Shown: positions 40,089 to 50,451 of the stretch, piece after piece
How the letters are laid out: the number at the start of each line of letters is the position of its first letter
How positions within the stretch are numbered: position 1 is the stretch's first letter
Origin: Turneriella sp.
Lineage (GTDB): Bacteria; Spirochaetota; Leptospiria; Turneriellales; Turneriellaceae
Length of the DNA stretch: 64,000 nt
Direction: 5' to 3'
Assembly: GCA_965279515.1 (NCBI GenBank)
Contig: CBDIID010000003.1
Coordinates: 1,888,001-1,952,000, forward strand
Program-made: the position numbers and the translations under genes
The notes under the pieces: generated by a model
The model's database searches: none
What the model saw: only the letters and a program-made list of their open reading frames with translations
Told to the model about the DNA's origin: nothing

Positions 40089-42431
40089 ATGGAATCCGAA
40101 CTGAAACTGGCGGCCGCATTTATCACAGCCCTGACAGAACCTAGCTGCGGCGTCGGCCCAGAAGGGCAAATTCTGGTCAGCAACCCCGCATGGCAAACGC
40201 GTTTCAACGGTGGCCAAATACAAGACAATCTGCTGCAATTATTAGAAAAACATATTTCCGGGAATAATACCGCGGTATCTGACGGGATTTCCCAGTGTTA
40301 TCTCCGCGTAAATTCCGGACTCGAAGCCTCGGCACAAATAGCTGTCAAAGACCAATACGACGAGCTGGGAAAACAACATGTCGTCAGATTCAGTCGACTG
40401 GCCTTAACCAAACAAAGCATGACCTTGGTACGGCTCGAAGAAAAGGAAAATCCGGCGTTAGAACCCGGAAACATACCCGATGCGGTTTTTCGGACCTTGT
40501 CGAATAACTTGCCGATGCTTCTCAGCATCTGCAACAGAAACAACGAATACATTTGGGTCAATGAGGCATATTCCCGGCATTTTGAGTTAGTTAAAAAGGC
40601 AACAAACGATAAACATGTGGCAAAATCCCGGGAATCGGATGAAGCCAAGGCCATCGATAAACTGCGGCAAAAATGTTTCGAGACGGGTCAGGCGCAGGTA
40701 GAACATATTACCCTTGAGAACCTGGGTAAACCCATAGTCCTCGAAGTGACATGCCTGCCGGTGCAGGTTGATGGGCTTGTACAATATGTCGTCAGCGCCA
40801 AACGCGATATAACCAAACAATTCCAGTCGCAGAAATCCCGCGCGGCGGCGTATGACCTGCTGAACGACGTCCTTGAAAGAATGCCGGTAGGTTTCGTAGC
40901 CACAGATGACCATTACAACATTTTGCGGACGAATGACACAGCCTGCCGTCTTTTCGAATATACCAAAGACGACCTGGTCGGTCAGAATATTGACCTTCTG
41001 ATTCCACTGGAAGCCCGGCTCATCAATTCGACCTTTGTCGAGAATTTTCTGAATACCCCGCGCCCTTCCGGTGAAACCAACCCAAGTATCGAAATCTCGG
41101 GGCTCAAACGTAACGGCTCCGTGTTTCCGATGCTGATTTCCGTATTGCCCATGGCGCTGGGGGAGTTTCCCCTGTTCTGTGTAATGATCATCGACCTGAC
41201 AGAAATGCGCGGCGCGGAACAACGCCTCGTCGAAACGCAACTACGCGTGCAGCGCATGCAAAAACAAGAAGCGTTAGGACAGCTGGCAGGTAACATCGCG
41301 CATGACTTTAATAACCTTTTGACGATCATTTACGGTTACGCCGAAATCGTTCATGCTGATCCGAACTGTTTAGCGCCGCTGAAAAAAATCATGACTGAAA
41401 TCAAAAGCGCAGTAAACCGCGGGGCAGCGTTAACAGGCCAGATTCTCGCATACGCAAAGCACCAGGCGCTCGAAGTTAAGCCCCGGGATATGCATCTGAT
41501 TCTCCGGGAAAACCAGTCCATGATCGAAGCTGCATTGACATCAAAGATCAAGTATCAAGTGGATCTCAGCGCGGAATCTCACATCGTTGAAATTGATGAA
41601 AATCAGCTGATGCAGGTACTGTTAAACCTGGCGGTAAATGCCCGTGATGCCATGGCATCCGGCGGGGAATTCTCCGTTAAAACAGCCTCGATATCCCGTG
41701 ATTCGGATTTCTTTTTGTTCCGTTCGATTGAGCCGAAGGTCGATAAGTATCTCTGCATCACTGTCTCGGATACCGGCCCTGGAATTCCGGAGCAAATTTT
41801 GCCACGTATCTTCGATCCGTATTTTTCCACCAAACCCAGAAATAAAGGCACCGGCTTAGGTTTAGCAGTAGCCTACGGAATCATTAAACAGCACCAAGGA
41901 TTTATATTCTGTTTCTCTAAACCCGGCCATGGCGCCACGTTCGAAATTATTTTGCCCGCATGCGCCCCGAATACAACAGCTGCTAATCCCGACGCCCATG
42001 AAAACAGCATGGCGATGAACCCCGAAGATATCCGGCGAACTATAATTCTTGTCGTTGACGATGAAGCGCCGATTCGAAACTTCTTAACCGCCAGATTAGA
42101 GAGCGCCGGCTTCCAGGTGCATTCGGCCTCGAACGGCGAAGAGGCCCTGGATTTTATCGACGCTTTTGAGGGCAAAATCGATATTATCCTCAGCGACATC
42201 ATGATGCCCAGAATGACAGGGCTGGAGATGGCCGAAATTGCACAACTGCTGCAGCCTGAAACGATGTTTATTTTTATGAGCGGCTATTCAAAAGAATTGC
42301 TGGATAATGACAGACCCAGGGGAAACTTTAACCTGCTGGTAAAACCCTTCAGGACAGAAGCATTATTCGCTGAAATTAACCGCTTAATCACAATAAAACG
42401 CGATCTGTTTCTCAGTCAGAACAATACCTGA
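40089..42431 (+). CDS. Cytoplasmic multi-PAS hybrid histidine kinase (CckA-like architecture)
   Basis: [27 protein letters not shown]...GTGLGL, VDDE...SDIMMP. Confidence 0.92.
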   Translation: MESELKLAAAFITALTEPSCGVGPEGQILVSNPAWQTRFNGGQIQDNLLQLLEKHISGNNTAVSDGISQCYLRVNSGLEASAQIAVKDQYDELGKQHVVRFSRLALTKQSMTLVRLEEKENPALEPGNIPDAVFRTLSNNLPMLLSICNRNNEYIWVNEAYSRHFELVKKATNDKHVAKSRESDEAKAIDKLRQKCFETGQAQVEHITLENLGKPIVLEVTCLPVQVDGLVQYVVSAKRDITKQFQSQKSRAAAYDLLNDVLERMPVGFVATDDHYNILRTNDTACRLFEYTKDDLVGQNIDLLIPLEARLINSTFVENFLNTPRPSGETNPSIEISGLKRNGSVFPMLISVLPMALGEFPLFCVMIIDLTEMRGAEQRLVETQLRVQRMQKQEALGQLAGNIAHDFNNLLTIIYGYAEIVHADPNCLAPLKKIMTEIKSAVNRGAALTGQILAYAKHQALEVKPRDMHLILRENQSMIEAALTSKIKYQVDLSAESHIVEIDENQLMQVLLNLAVNARDAMASGGEFSVKTASISRDSDFFLFRSIEPKVDKYLCITVSDTGPGIPEQILPRIFDPYFSTKPRNKGTGLGLAVAYGIIKQHQGFIFCFSKPGHGATFEIILPACAPNTTAANPDAHENSMAMNPEDIRRTIILVVDDEAPIRNFLTARLESAGFQVHSASNGEEALDFIDAFEGKIDIILSDIMMPRMTGLEMAEIAQLLQPETMFIFMSGYSKELLDNDRPRGNFNLLVKPFRTEALFAEINRLITIKRDLFLSQNNT

Positions 42432-42474
42432 AGGCGCGCATACGGATCTGAATTTCCGTTAGCCGAATTACCGG

Positions 42475-43584
42475 CTAAGCAAAAGTTTTCTTCAGCACAC
42501 GGTAGGTTTTATAGCGCACGCAGCCGATCTTTTCGAGCACCGAAACCATGGCTGTATTGGTCTCGACGATCAGCGAACAATCCGCATCTTTCATGCCCAT
42601 CGCCACGCCGTTTTCAATAGTCTTGTGGATCATGGCGATCTCATAGCCCTTGTTGCGGTGTTCCTTGAGAACTCCCATGATGGTTGTACGCACGCGCGTA
42701 ATCTTTTTCATTTCAAGCAGCAATTTGATGAGACCGAACGGGAAAAGGCTGCCGTTCGCTTTTTTAACGGCCTGGTTCGCGTCGATGAGGCTGATCGAGA
42801 AGGCGATCGGCACACCGTCGATCTCGGTGATAAAAGCGAGTTTTTCATTCAGGATCATCTTGAGCTCTTTGACCAGGTGATGCCACTGGTCGTCGTTGAA
42901 GGGGACATTCCCCCAGTTATCTGCCCAGGCCTGGTTGAATATATGTTTCACCGCTTCGGCTTCTTTGTCCACGTTCTTGCGGTTCACTTCGCGTATCACA
43001 ACGCCCTTCTGTTTCAGCACCCTGTTGTAGATCAGCCGCATAAAATTAGGGATCGTGGTGTCCTTGAGAAATGCATACCAATCGACTTCTTTCTTATAAC
43101 CAATCTTATCGAGCAACGTGAGATAATACGGCGGATTGTAAGTACACATGAGTATCGGGTCGACATCAAAAGCATTCGTGAGCAGCCCCATCTCGTCATA
43201 GACAGAAAAGTTCATCGGCCCCAGCGCCGACGTACAACCGCGCTCTTTCAGCCACTTTTCCCCGGCGGCAAAAATAGCATCGACTGCTTCCTGGTCATCG
43301 AGGGCCTCAAAAAAGCCGAAGAAACCCTGGTTCTCTTTATAGTGGTCGTTATGCGCATAATTGCGATGCACCGAAAGCCGGGCGACGATCTTGTCGCCGC
43401 GGTAGGCCAGGTACAGCTGCTTCTCACCGATCTTATTGAACGGGCCCTTCATGATAAATTTTACCACTTCGGAATAGATCGGCGGCACAAAATTGGGATA
43501 GTTCTTATAGACGTCTTTCATGAAATTCACAAAAGCCTTGGTCTCTTTCTTGCTGGGGCCGATGGGCACGATACGGAGCGACAT
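42475..43584 (-). CDS. YghO-like GNAT-fold protein
   Basis: GFFGFFE, GPMNFS, YNPPYY, NWGNVP, GVLKEHRNKG, YKTYR. Confidence 0.8.
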   Translation of the reverse strand: MSLRIVPIGPSKKETKAFVNFMKDVYKNYPNFVPPIYSEVVKFIMKGPFNKIGEKQLYLAYRGDKIVARLSVHRNYAHNDHYKENQGFFGFFEALDDQEAVDAIFAAGEKWLKERGCTSALGPMNFSVYDEMGLLTNAFDVDPILMCTYNPPYYLTLLDKIGYKKEVDWYAFLKDTTIPNFMRLIYNRVLKQKGVVIREVNRKNVDKEAEAVKHIFNQAWADNWGNVPFNDDQWHHLVKELKMILNEKLAFITEIDGVPIAFSISLIDANQAVKKANGSLFPFGLIKLLLEMKKITRVRTTIMGVLKEHRNKGYEIAMIHKTIENGVAMGMKDADCSLIVETNTAMVSVLEKIGCVRYKTYRVLKKTFA

Positions 43585-43700
43585 GCGCTGAAAATGCACT
43601 CTCAGACCCGGCGAAAATGAGATTTTTCAGATTGACCGAGTATAGGCTCAAAATCCGATGCGTGGTCGCATTGGCGAAAAAACAATACTCAGGAGAAAAA

Positions 43701-44051
43701 ATGAAAAAGAAAATGTTCATTGGGGTCATTCTGATCCTCGCTACCGTCTTCGTACTCAATTGTGGGCGTAAAAAAGCTACCCATCCGGCGGGTATGCTGC
43801 TCGATACAGCGATCGAACAGCTCAAAGCGGCAAAAGACGCGAAAGCGGCGGCGGCAGCCATTGACACACTCGCGACGGCCGCGGCAGCGCTCAAAGAAAA
43901 AGATCCCAACGCATTTGCCGACCGCACTAAATTCGCCGATTCTGACAAGGCATTCATCGATGCATACACCGAAGCCGCCATTGCGCATATGGGCAACGAA
44001 GACTTCGGCGCAGCAGAGAAAAAACTGCTTCCCCTCGGCGTTCTCCACTAA
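43701..44051 (+). CDS. Small helical lipoprotein
   Basis: SD AGGAG; MKKKMF...VLN-C lipobox. Confidence 0.75.
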   Translation: MKKKMFIGVILILATVFVLNCGRKKATHPAGMLLDTAIEQLKAAKDAKAAAAAIDTLATAAAALKEKDPNAFADRTKFADSDKAFIDAYTEAAIAHMGNEDFGAAEKKLLPLGVLH

Positions 44052-44131
44052 TTTCTCTCACGGGTCCGCGGCGTATGCCGCGGGCCGAATCCCGGTCTTA
44101 TGCTTTTTACCGAAAAAACCGATAATCAACT

Positions 44132-44941
44132 GTGAAAATACGCGTTCTCTTATGCATCTTTATGGCCATGGTGGCCGGCCTTTGGGCCCAGGCGGGACGC
44201 CCCCCGGCGGCGGCGCCTGCACGACCAGCGGCAGCCACGCCCGCAGCACCACCAAAACCCGGAACCATCGGTACGGGTGTAAAACCGCCCGCAGGCCAGC
44301 CAACCAGCACCACCGGCGGCCCCGCTTCGACTACGGGCAATAACCCGAACGATAAGAACGGCTCGTCCAAAATCGAAGGTTTTGACGGCGCCGCGTGGGG
44401 CATCACCTACAAAGAGATGAAAGACCGTTTCCGCGTCATGGCATCCAACGCCAACGCGGCCGACAATGTCGAGATTGTCTCAGACACACCTGACCGCGAG
44501 ATTCTGATACGCCGGCGCGAGATCTATTACCGTTACGTCTTCTATAAGAAGCCCGCCGCCAAGTCGGTCGAATCGATGCCCAAACCCGAGGCGGGTAAGC
44601 CGGCAGAAAAACCGGCAGCCGACGACCCAACCGCAGGCACGGCGAAATTCTTTTTTGTCGAGAGTGTTTTTCCGCTTTTGAAATCCGAAGAGCTCTACAC
44701 CACGCTCACGGCAAAATATGGCCAGCGCACGGGTTCGAGCGTCGGCGATACGATGCGCGGCGCTCACACCTGGGAAAAGGAAGAAGGTTTTATGGTGCAA
44801 TGGGTTGAGCCCTATGCGAAGAACGGTTACACGCGCTCGCTCTACTACCTTTCGCGCAAAATACGGGACGAAATCAAAGCAGACCTGCAGGCATGGCAGT
44901 TTGTGCGCGAAATCAAGGCACTCGATTCACTATTAAAATGA
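44132..44941 (+). CDS. Hypothetical exported protein with a Pro/Ala/Thr-rich N-terminus
   Basis: Signal peptide LWA/Q, low-complexity linker, IEGFDGAAWG domain. Confidence 0.75.
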   Translation: MKIRVLLCIFMAMVAGLWAQAGRPPAAAPARPAAATPAAPPKPGTIGTGVKPPAGQPTSTTGGPASTTGNNPNDKNGSSKIEGFDGAAWGITYKEMKDRFRVMASNANAADNVEIVSDTPDREILIRRREIYYRYVFYKKPAAKSVESMPKPEAGKPAEKPAADDPTAGTAKFFFVESVFPLLKSEELYTTLTAKYGQRTGSSVGDTMRGAHTWEKEEGFMVQWVEPYAKNGYTRSLYYLSRKIRDEIKADLQAWQFVREIKALDSLLK

Positions 44942-44942
44942 C

Positions 44943-44992
44943 AACCCCTCCCCTTCCCCTCCCCTATTAGGGGAGGGGTTAGGGGCGGGGTT
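44943..44992. repeat. REP-like palindromic element (intergenic copy)
   Basis: AACCCCTCCCCTTCCCCTCCCCT-ATT-AGGGGAGGGGTTAGGGGCGGGGTT; fills the 44942-44996 spacer. Confidence 0.8.
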
Positions 44993-44996
44993 AAAC

Positions 44997-45878
44997 ATGA
45001 AGCGCTTCGCAGTCCTCATTAACCCCAGTTCTGCGGGCGGGCGTACGCTCGCGCTCTGGCCCGGCTTTGAGAAGAAGCTCCAGGGGGATGGCTTTCAGGT
45101 AACGCACCATTTCTCAGAAAGCGAGGCCGATTTCCGAAACCGCGTCAAAATCTTCGCACGCACGTTCAAATATATCGCCGTATGCGGCGGCGATTCATCG
45201 CTCACCATCGCCGCCGAAGAACTCGCACAGACAAAATTTTCCGGCGAGCTACGGTTTTTGCCCGCGGGTTCGGTGAACGACATCATTCTCGATATTGCTG
45301 AGCAGCAGCACGGCAAAAAAGCACCGATCTACCTGGGCCATCTCAGCGCCGCCGGAGCTACGCACAGTTTTATCGGCCAGGCAAACTGGGGTCTCGGCGT
45401 TGTCGTCAACCGCTGGGTCAGAAATATTCTGCACACCCTGCCCTTTCTGCGGCCGGCGCAGAATCTTATCGGTACACTCTGCATCATCACCGCACATATT
45501 CTCAAAAGGGAAAAAGTTGCGCTCACGGTTCAGGCCGGCGCGCGCACAGTTTCCGGAGAATATTCTCTCGTGTTGGTGAGCCAGATCAGGCATTGGGCAT
45601 CCGGCATGCTTTTTTGCCCGGGCGCAAGTTATCTCACTCCTGAATTCCAGATTGTCACAATCGCACGCTGCGGTCTCTTCCGCCTCATCCGCATCATTCT
45701 AGCCGCTAAAAACGGGGAACATCTTGGGTTTCCGGAGGTTGCAAGTATCCGCGCGGCCAGCATCGAAGTCCATTCCGCAAAACCGCTCCGCGTACAGATC
45801 GATGGTGATGTGCCGGATTTGGAAAGCCAGGTTTTTAAGCTGACTAAGAAAAAATCCATGCTGCGTCTTTCGTTGTGA
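44997..45878 (+). CDS. Diacylglycerol/lipid kinase family protein
   Basis: INPSSAGG, GGDSSL, LPAGSVND, QIDGD. Confidence 0.85.
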   Translation: MKRFAVLINPSSAGGRTLALWPGFEKKLQGDGFQVTHHFSESEADFRNRVKIFARTFKYIAVCGGDSSLTIAAEELAQTKFSGELRFLPAGSVNDIILDIAEQQHGKKAPIYLGHLSAAGATHSFIGQANWGLGVVVNRWVRNILHTLPFLRPAQNLIGTLCIITAHILKREKVALTVQAGARTVSGEYSLVLVSQIRHWASGMLFCPGASYLTPEFQIVTIARCGLFRLIRIILAAKNGEHLGFPEVASIRAASIEVHSAKPLRVQIDGDVPDLESQVFKLTKKKSMLRLSL

Positions 45879-45891
45879 GCAGCGCGGCGAA

Positions 45892-47280
45892 TCAGCCCGA
45901 AATCATCAGCCGGTTAAGCCACTTTTTCCCGAAAAATCTCAGGAAAAAAAGCGTTCCGAGAAAGAAAATCATCCCGGTGAGAACCCACCAGGCGCCAAAT
46001 GCCGTCAGGCCCCAGTGGCCCTTGAACTGGAAGACAACAATCGCCGTCGTCCACATCGCGGTATTTGAGACCAGCATCGTCCAGACGGTATCACCCGCGC
46101 CCTTGAGAATGCCGCCCAGTACGCTGTAGGTTGCGTCGAAGAAAAAATACAGGCATGAAATGCGCAACATCGTCGTGCCGGCTGCCATGACACCGGCAAA
46201 GTTTGCCCATTGTTCTTCTGTTGAAAAAATGCGGATCAGTGCCTGTGTCGCCGTGAAGTAGAGCGTGGTGATGATTGCCGCGTAGATCCATCCGGCCTTG
46301 AGCCCCGACCAGGCCGAGCGCAGTGCCAGCTTTTTTTTACCGGCGCCGAGATACTTGCCGACAAGGCTCGATGCCCCCTGGCTGACGCCCAGAAGCGGCA
46401 GAAACGAAACCATATCCCAGTTGAGGACGATCGTCGTCGCCGCCGCGATGTCGGCGCTATAAGAATACATCACCATCGTAAAGAAGGTAAAGCCGCCGAC
46501 ATTGACGAACATCTCCATGCCTGCGGGCATACCATAACGTATCAGCTGAAACAAAACTGCGCCGTTGATGCGGAAACGCCCGCCCGTCTGGAATTCGCGT
46601 CTTAAATCAGGGGCAAAAAACCGTACGGCGAGAATCGCGATGGGCAAAAATCCGGCGAAGAATGTCGCCCACGCGGCGCCGCGGATTTCAAGGCGCGGTG
46701 CTCCCCAGGCGCCGAAAGTCAACGCATAGGCGAGCGGCAGGTTCAGGATGACCGCGCTGAAAGATGCCAGGGACACCATCTTTGTTTTGCCGATACCGAT
46801 AAAAAAATTGGCGAAAATCTGCCTGAGTGTTGTGGTAAAAATCGTCAGACTCAGGATCGAAAAGTATTCGAGCTCGCTGCTGAGCAAAACGCCGCCGTGG
46901 TTAAAGAATGCAAAGACCTTTGGCGCCGCGAGCTGCGCGATAAAAAAAATTGCCGGGGCAAATATGACGCTGAAAAGGAGACCCTGGTGAACCACCTGGG
47001 TACATTCCGCTTTACGGTTAGCGCCACGGTACTGTGCGACCAGCGGATTCATCTGGCCCAATGTACCGGTGATCAGCGTGGTAATCATGAAGGTGAGAAT
47101 GCCGCCTGAAAGCGTCGCCGCGAGCTGTTCTTTGCCAATCTGCGACAAAAAAAGACGGTCGCAGAAGAGCATCAGCACGTCGATGGCCTGCGAGATGACA
47201 ATCGGCAGCGTGACCGGCGTCAGTTCGCGGATAGTGCCGAAACGGTACCGGAAATTTTGCCGAATAAACCGGCCGATCAT
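45892..47280 (-). CDS. MATE efflux transporter
   Basis: 12 TM, DRLFLSQIG, GAAWAT, GILKGAGDT. Confidence 0.92.
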   Translation of the reverse strand: MIGRFIRQNFRYRFGTIRELTPVTLPIVISQAIDVLMLFCDRLFLSQIGKEQLAATLSGGILTFMITTLITGTLGQMNPLVAQYRGANRKAECTQVVHQGLLFSVIFAPAIFFIAQLAAPKVFAFFNHGGVLLSSELEYFSILSLTIFTTTLRQIFANFFIGIGKTKMVSLASFSAVILNLPLAYALTFGAWGAPRLEIRGAAWATFFAGFLPIAILAVRFFAPDLRREFQTGGRFRINGAVLFQLIRYGMPAGMEMFVNVGGFTFFTMVMYSYSADIAAATTIVLNWDMVSFLPLLGVSQGASSLVGKYLGAGKKKLALRSAWSGLKAGWIYAAIITTLYFTATQALIRIFSTEEQWANFAGVMAAGTTMLRISCLYFFFDATYSVLGGILKGAGDTVWTMLVSNTAMWTTAIVVFQFKGHWGLTAFGAWWVLTGMIFFLGTLFFLRFFGKKWLNRLMISG

Positions 47281-48266
47281 TCGAGTTTGTCGCCAGCAAC
47301 CAGGCGGTAACCGTTAATGAAATCGCCGGCCTGCATGGCTTTTTTACCTTCGGGGGTGACGGTTGAGATTTTCAGTGTATTGCCATCGCCGCAGAGGACG
47401 TAGAGATCAGTTTTATTTTGCCTGGATAACGACCCCACCCCCATCCCCTCGCCTATTAGGGGAGGGGTGCCGGAGGCGGGGTGGGGTTCAAATCCCAGCT
47501 TCACCTTCTTTTCACGAAAAAACGCAAATACTCCCGGCCGCGGGGTATACGCCCGGTACTTGTTATGGATTTCCATAGCCGGCCGGGAGAAGTCGATCCG
47601 CCCATCTTCAGCCGAAATCTTACCGCAGTGCGTTGCCAGCGCATGGTTTTGCGGATGAATTTCCGAGCGGCCCTGCACATAGTCAGACAGCATCTGCGCG
47701 CCATGTGCCAGCAAATCTTGTGTCAGTTTTGGGTAGAGGGTTTCCGTTGTATCAGTGGGCTCAATCGCCACCTTACTCTGCGCGACAATGTCGCCCGCGT
47801 CGAGCTCCATGACAATGCGCTGCAATGTCCAACCTGTTTCTGTAAAACCGTAAAGCAATGCATGCTCAATGGGCGCCGCACCGCGCAGTAAGGGTAACAG
47901 GCTGCCATGGAAGTTCACAGATTTTAGTCGGGGCGCGTCGATAATACTTACGGGCAAAATTTTTCCGTATGCGAGCACGACAAAGAGATCAAAACCGATT
48001 TTATTCAGCTCGCTAAGAAGTGCATCCGCCTCTTTTTTAACCGACTTGGGGGTAAAAACAGGTATGCCAAGCTCTTCGGCTTTTACATGCACTGCGGAAC
48101 GCGCGGCGGCTTTGCCCTGACGCTGGATGACTTTTTCTGTCTGCGTGACGCAGGCAACGACGACAAATTCATCGCTGTGATTTGCCACGAGATGCGCGAG
48201 AAATTCCGCGGCAATGCGGGGAGAACCCCAGAAAACAATGCGTGTTTTTCCGGTCACGGCTGACAC
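47277..48266 (-). CDS. fmt: Methionyl-tRNA formyltransferase
   Basis: FWGSP, AYGKIL, NFHGSLLPLLRGAAPI, LDAGD, PEGKK. Confidence 0.95.
   Translation of the reverse strand: MSAVTGKTRIVFWGSPRIAAEFLAHLVANHSDEFVVVACVTQTEKVIQRQGKAAARSAVHVKAEELGIPVFTPKSVKKEADALLSELNKIGFDLFVVLAYGKILPVSIIDAPRLKSVNFHGSLLPLLRGAAPIEHALLYGFTETGWTLQRIVMELDAGDIVAQSKVAIEPTDTTETLYPKLTQDLLAHGAQMLSDYVQGRSEIHPQNHALATHCGKISAEDGRIDFSRPAMEIHNKYRAYTPRPGVFAFFREKKVKLGFEPHPASGTPPLIGEGMGVGSLSRQNKTDLYVLCGDGNTLKISTVTPEGKKAMQAGDFINGYRLVAGDKLE
47431..47488. repeat. REP-like palindromic element embedded in frame in fmt
   Basis: Core 47444-47468 is 24/25 identical to 44955-44979; outer arms ACCCCACCCC/GGGGTGGGGT. Confidence 0.8.
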
Positions 48267-48269
48267 CGT

Positions 48270-49295
48270 TCAACGCCCCTTATCGATTAAGGCAGCGAAT
48301 GATTTCGCCCACGGCGTGTCGTCGTTGAGACATGGAATATACGTGAAGCGTTTTCCCCCGGCGGCGAGAAAAATTTCGCGCAGCTGCATATTGACTTCTT
48401 CGAGCGTTTCGAGATTATCCGCAACGAAGGCCGGGGCGATGACGGCCAGGTTGCGGATGCCCTTTTGCGCGAGGTCGACAACGAACTCGGAAGTCATGGG
48501 TTTCAGCCACTCAGCGCGGCCGAGGCGCGACTGGAAGGAGAAGCTGTAGTTCTGCGGCTTGAGTTTTAATGCTTTTGCCACCAGCTCGGTGGTCTCAATC
48601 ACCTGGTGGCGGTAACAGGTTTTATGCGCCTCGGAATCAATATGACAGCAATTTTCGCGCTGCAGGCAATGGCTTTTGGTTGGGTCGGCTTTGGTGATAT
48701 GTTTCACCGGCAAGCCGTGGTAGCTAAACAACACGTGGTCGTCGTCATGGATAAGTCGTTTTACCTGTTGCGTCAGCGCAACCTGGTGTTCCTTAGTGTC
48801 GTAGAACGCAGGCACAAATTCCATCTGTATGCCAAGGGCAGCCCCGTGCTTTTTGGCCTCTTCGATGGCTGTAACGGTCGACGACAGTGCATGGTGGGGG
48901 TAGAGCGGGACAATGCGGACTTTATCGAAGCCAGCTGCTTTAATTTCCCTTAACACGCCTTGGATGGCAGGGCTACCATAACGCATCGCCCAAAAGACTT
49001 TGCTCTTACTAAACTTTGCTACTTTTTCTGCAAACCGTTTGGTATTGAGAAGCAGCGGTGAACCTTTCTCTGTCCAGATTTTTGCATAAGCTTCTGCCGA
49101 ACGCTTCGGACGGAACGGCAAAATGAAAAGGTGAACGATGAGCCAGCGCAGCACATAGGGAACATCGATGACGTAACCATCCATGAGAAACTCACCGAGG
49201 TAACGGCGTACGTCGCCCACCTCGGGCGAAGCGGGCGAGCCGAGGTTAATCAGCAGTATTGCCGGACGTTCCGGTTTAACCGTTTTTACGCGCAA
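48270..49295 (-). CDS. hemH: Ferrochelatase
   Basis: LINLGSP, MRYGSP, PLYP, FSYHGLP, FQSRLG, DNLETLEE, PCLND. Confidence 0.95.
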   Translation of the reverse strand: MRVKTVKPERPAILLINLGSPASPEVGDVRRYLGEFLMDGYVIDVPYVLRWLIVHLFILPFRPKRSAEAYAKIWTEKGSPLLLNTKRFAEKVAKFSKSKVFWAMRYGSPAIQGVLREIKAAGFDKVRIVPLYPHHALSSTVTAIEEAKKHGAALGIQMEFVPAFYDTKEHQVALTQQVKRLIHDDDHVLFSYHGLPVKHITKADPTKSHCLQRENCCHIDSEAHKTCYRHQVIETTELVAKALKLKPQNYSFSFQSRLGRAEWLKPMTSEFVVDLAQKGIRNLAVIAPAFVADNLETLEEVNMQLREIFLAAGGKRFTYIPCLNDDTPWAKSFAALIDKGR

Positions 49296-50385
49296 AGTCC
49301 TGCATGAACTTCACCAGTTCATTGATCGAATTCTGATCGACGGCGTTATAGATCGAAGCGCGCAAACCACCCACGGAGCGGTGCCCCTTGAGGCCGGCAA
49401 AACCCGCAGCTTCGGCTTCTTTGACAAATTTCTTTTCAAGTTCTTCATCTGCGGTGTCGCCCTTGTAGATGCGGTAGTTGACATTCATGCGCGAGCGGTC
49501 GGCTTTATTCACCGGGCACCGGTAATAACCGTTCGAGCCGTCGATCGCATCGTAGAGCGCCGTTGCCTTCGCGATATTGCGCGCTTCGGTTGCCTTGAGG
49601 CCACCCGTTTCCTGGATGTGTTCCATAGTCAGCGCCAGCATATAAATACCGAAAGTCGGCGGCGTATTATAGAGCGAGTTCTCGGCGATGTAGGTACGGT
49701 ACTGCAGCATCGACGGCAGGTTTTTGTCGGCGCGCTCGGCGAGGTCTTTGCGCACAATCACCAGCGTGATGCCCGATGGACCCAAATTCTTCTGTGCACC
49801 GGCAAAAATGAGGCCGTATTTGCTGACATCGATCTGGCGCGAAGCGATGTTCGACGACATGTCACTCACGAGCGGCACACCCTTGGTGTCGGGCAACCAG
49901 CCATTATATTCGGTACCGAAAATGGTATTGTTCTCACACATATGCACGTACGCCGCATCGGGTGTGAGTTTATACTCTGCCTGTGCCGGCAGGCGCATAA
50001 AATTTTCTGATTCCGTACTCGCTACAATATTGACCTCGGCGTGCTTTTTCGCTTCTTTGTACGCCTTTTGCGTCCAGGCGCCGGTCTGGATGAGATCGAT
50101 CTTTTTGCCGGGCAGCGCAAGATTCATCGGCACCATCGTGAACTGCAGGCTGGCGCCACCCTGAACCAGAATGATCGAATAATCATCAGGTACCGAAAGC
50201 GTCTTCTTGATGCCATCAATAGCACGGGCAAGCACAGCTTCGAATTCTTTCGAGCGGTGCGACATCTCCATCACCGACATGCCAGTGCCGGCAAAATTCA
50301 GGAATTCTTCCTGAGCCTTCTTGAGAACAGGTAAGGGAATCGCCGCCGGGCCGGCGTTGAAGTTGTGGATACGGTGCGTGAACAT
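49276..50385 (-). CDS. serC: Phosphoserine aminotransferase
   Basis: NFNAGPA, EMSHRS, GAQKNLG, NTPPTF, GHRSVGGLRASIYNA; start placed at MFTHR. Confidence 0.96.
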   Translation of the reverse strand: MFTHRIHNFNAGPAAIPLPVLKKAQEEFLNFAGTGMSVMEMSHRSKEFEAVLARAIDGIKKTLSVPDDYSIILVQGGASLQFTMVPMNLALPGKKIDLIQTGAWTQKAYKEAKKHAEVNIVASTESENFMRLPAQAEYKLTPDAAYVHMCENNTIFGTEYNGWLPDTKGVPLVSDMSSNIASRQIDVSKYGLIFAGAQKNLGPSGITLVIVRKDLAERADKNLPSMLQYRTYIAENSLYNTPPTFGIYMLALTMEHIQETGGLKATEARNIAKATALYDAIDGSNGYYRCPVNKADRSRMNVNYRIYKGDTADEELEKKFVKEAEAAGFAGLKGHRSVGGLRASIYNAVDQNSINELVKFMQDFARKNG

Positions 50386-50451
50386 GCGTCCAAAATAGAG
50401 AGCGAAACAGGGGGTCGAGCAGGAAGAAAGGAACAGCCCCGAAAGGGTAAC

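Noticed and set aside
42625..43620. 331-aa plus-strand ORF
   Set aside because: Antisense shadow of the GNAT gene with no recognisable motifs.
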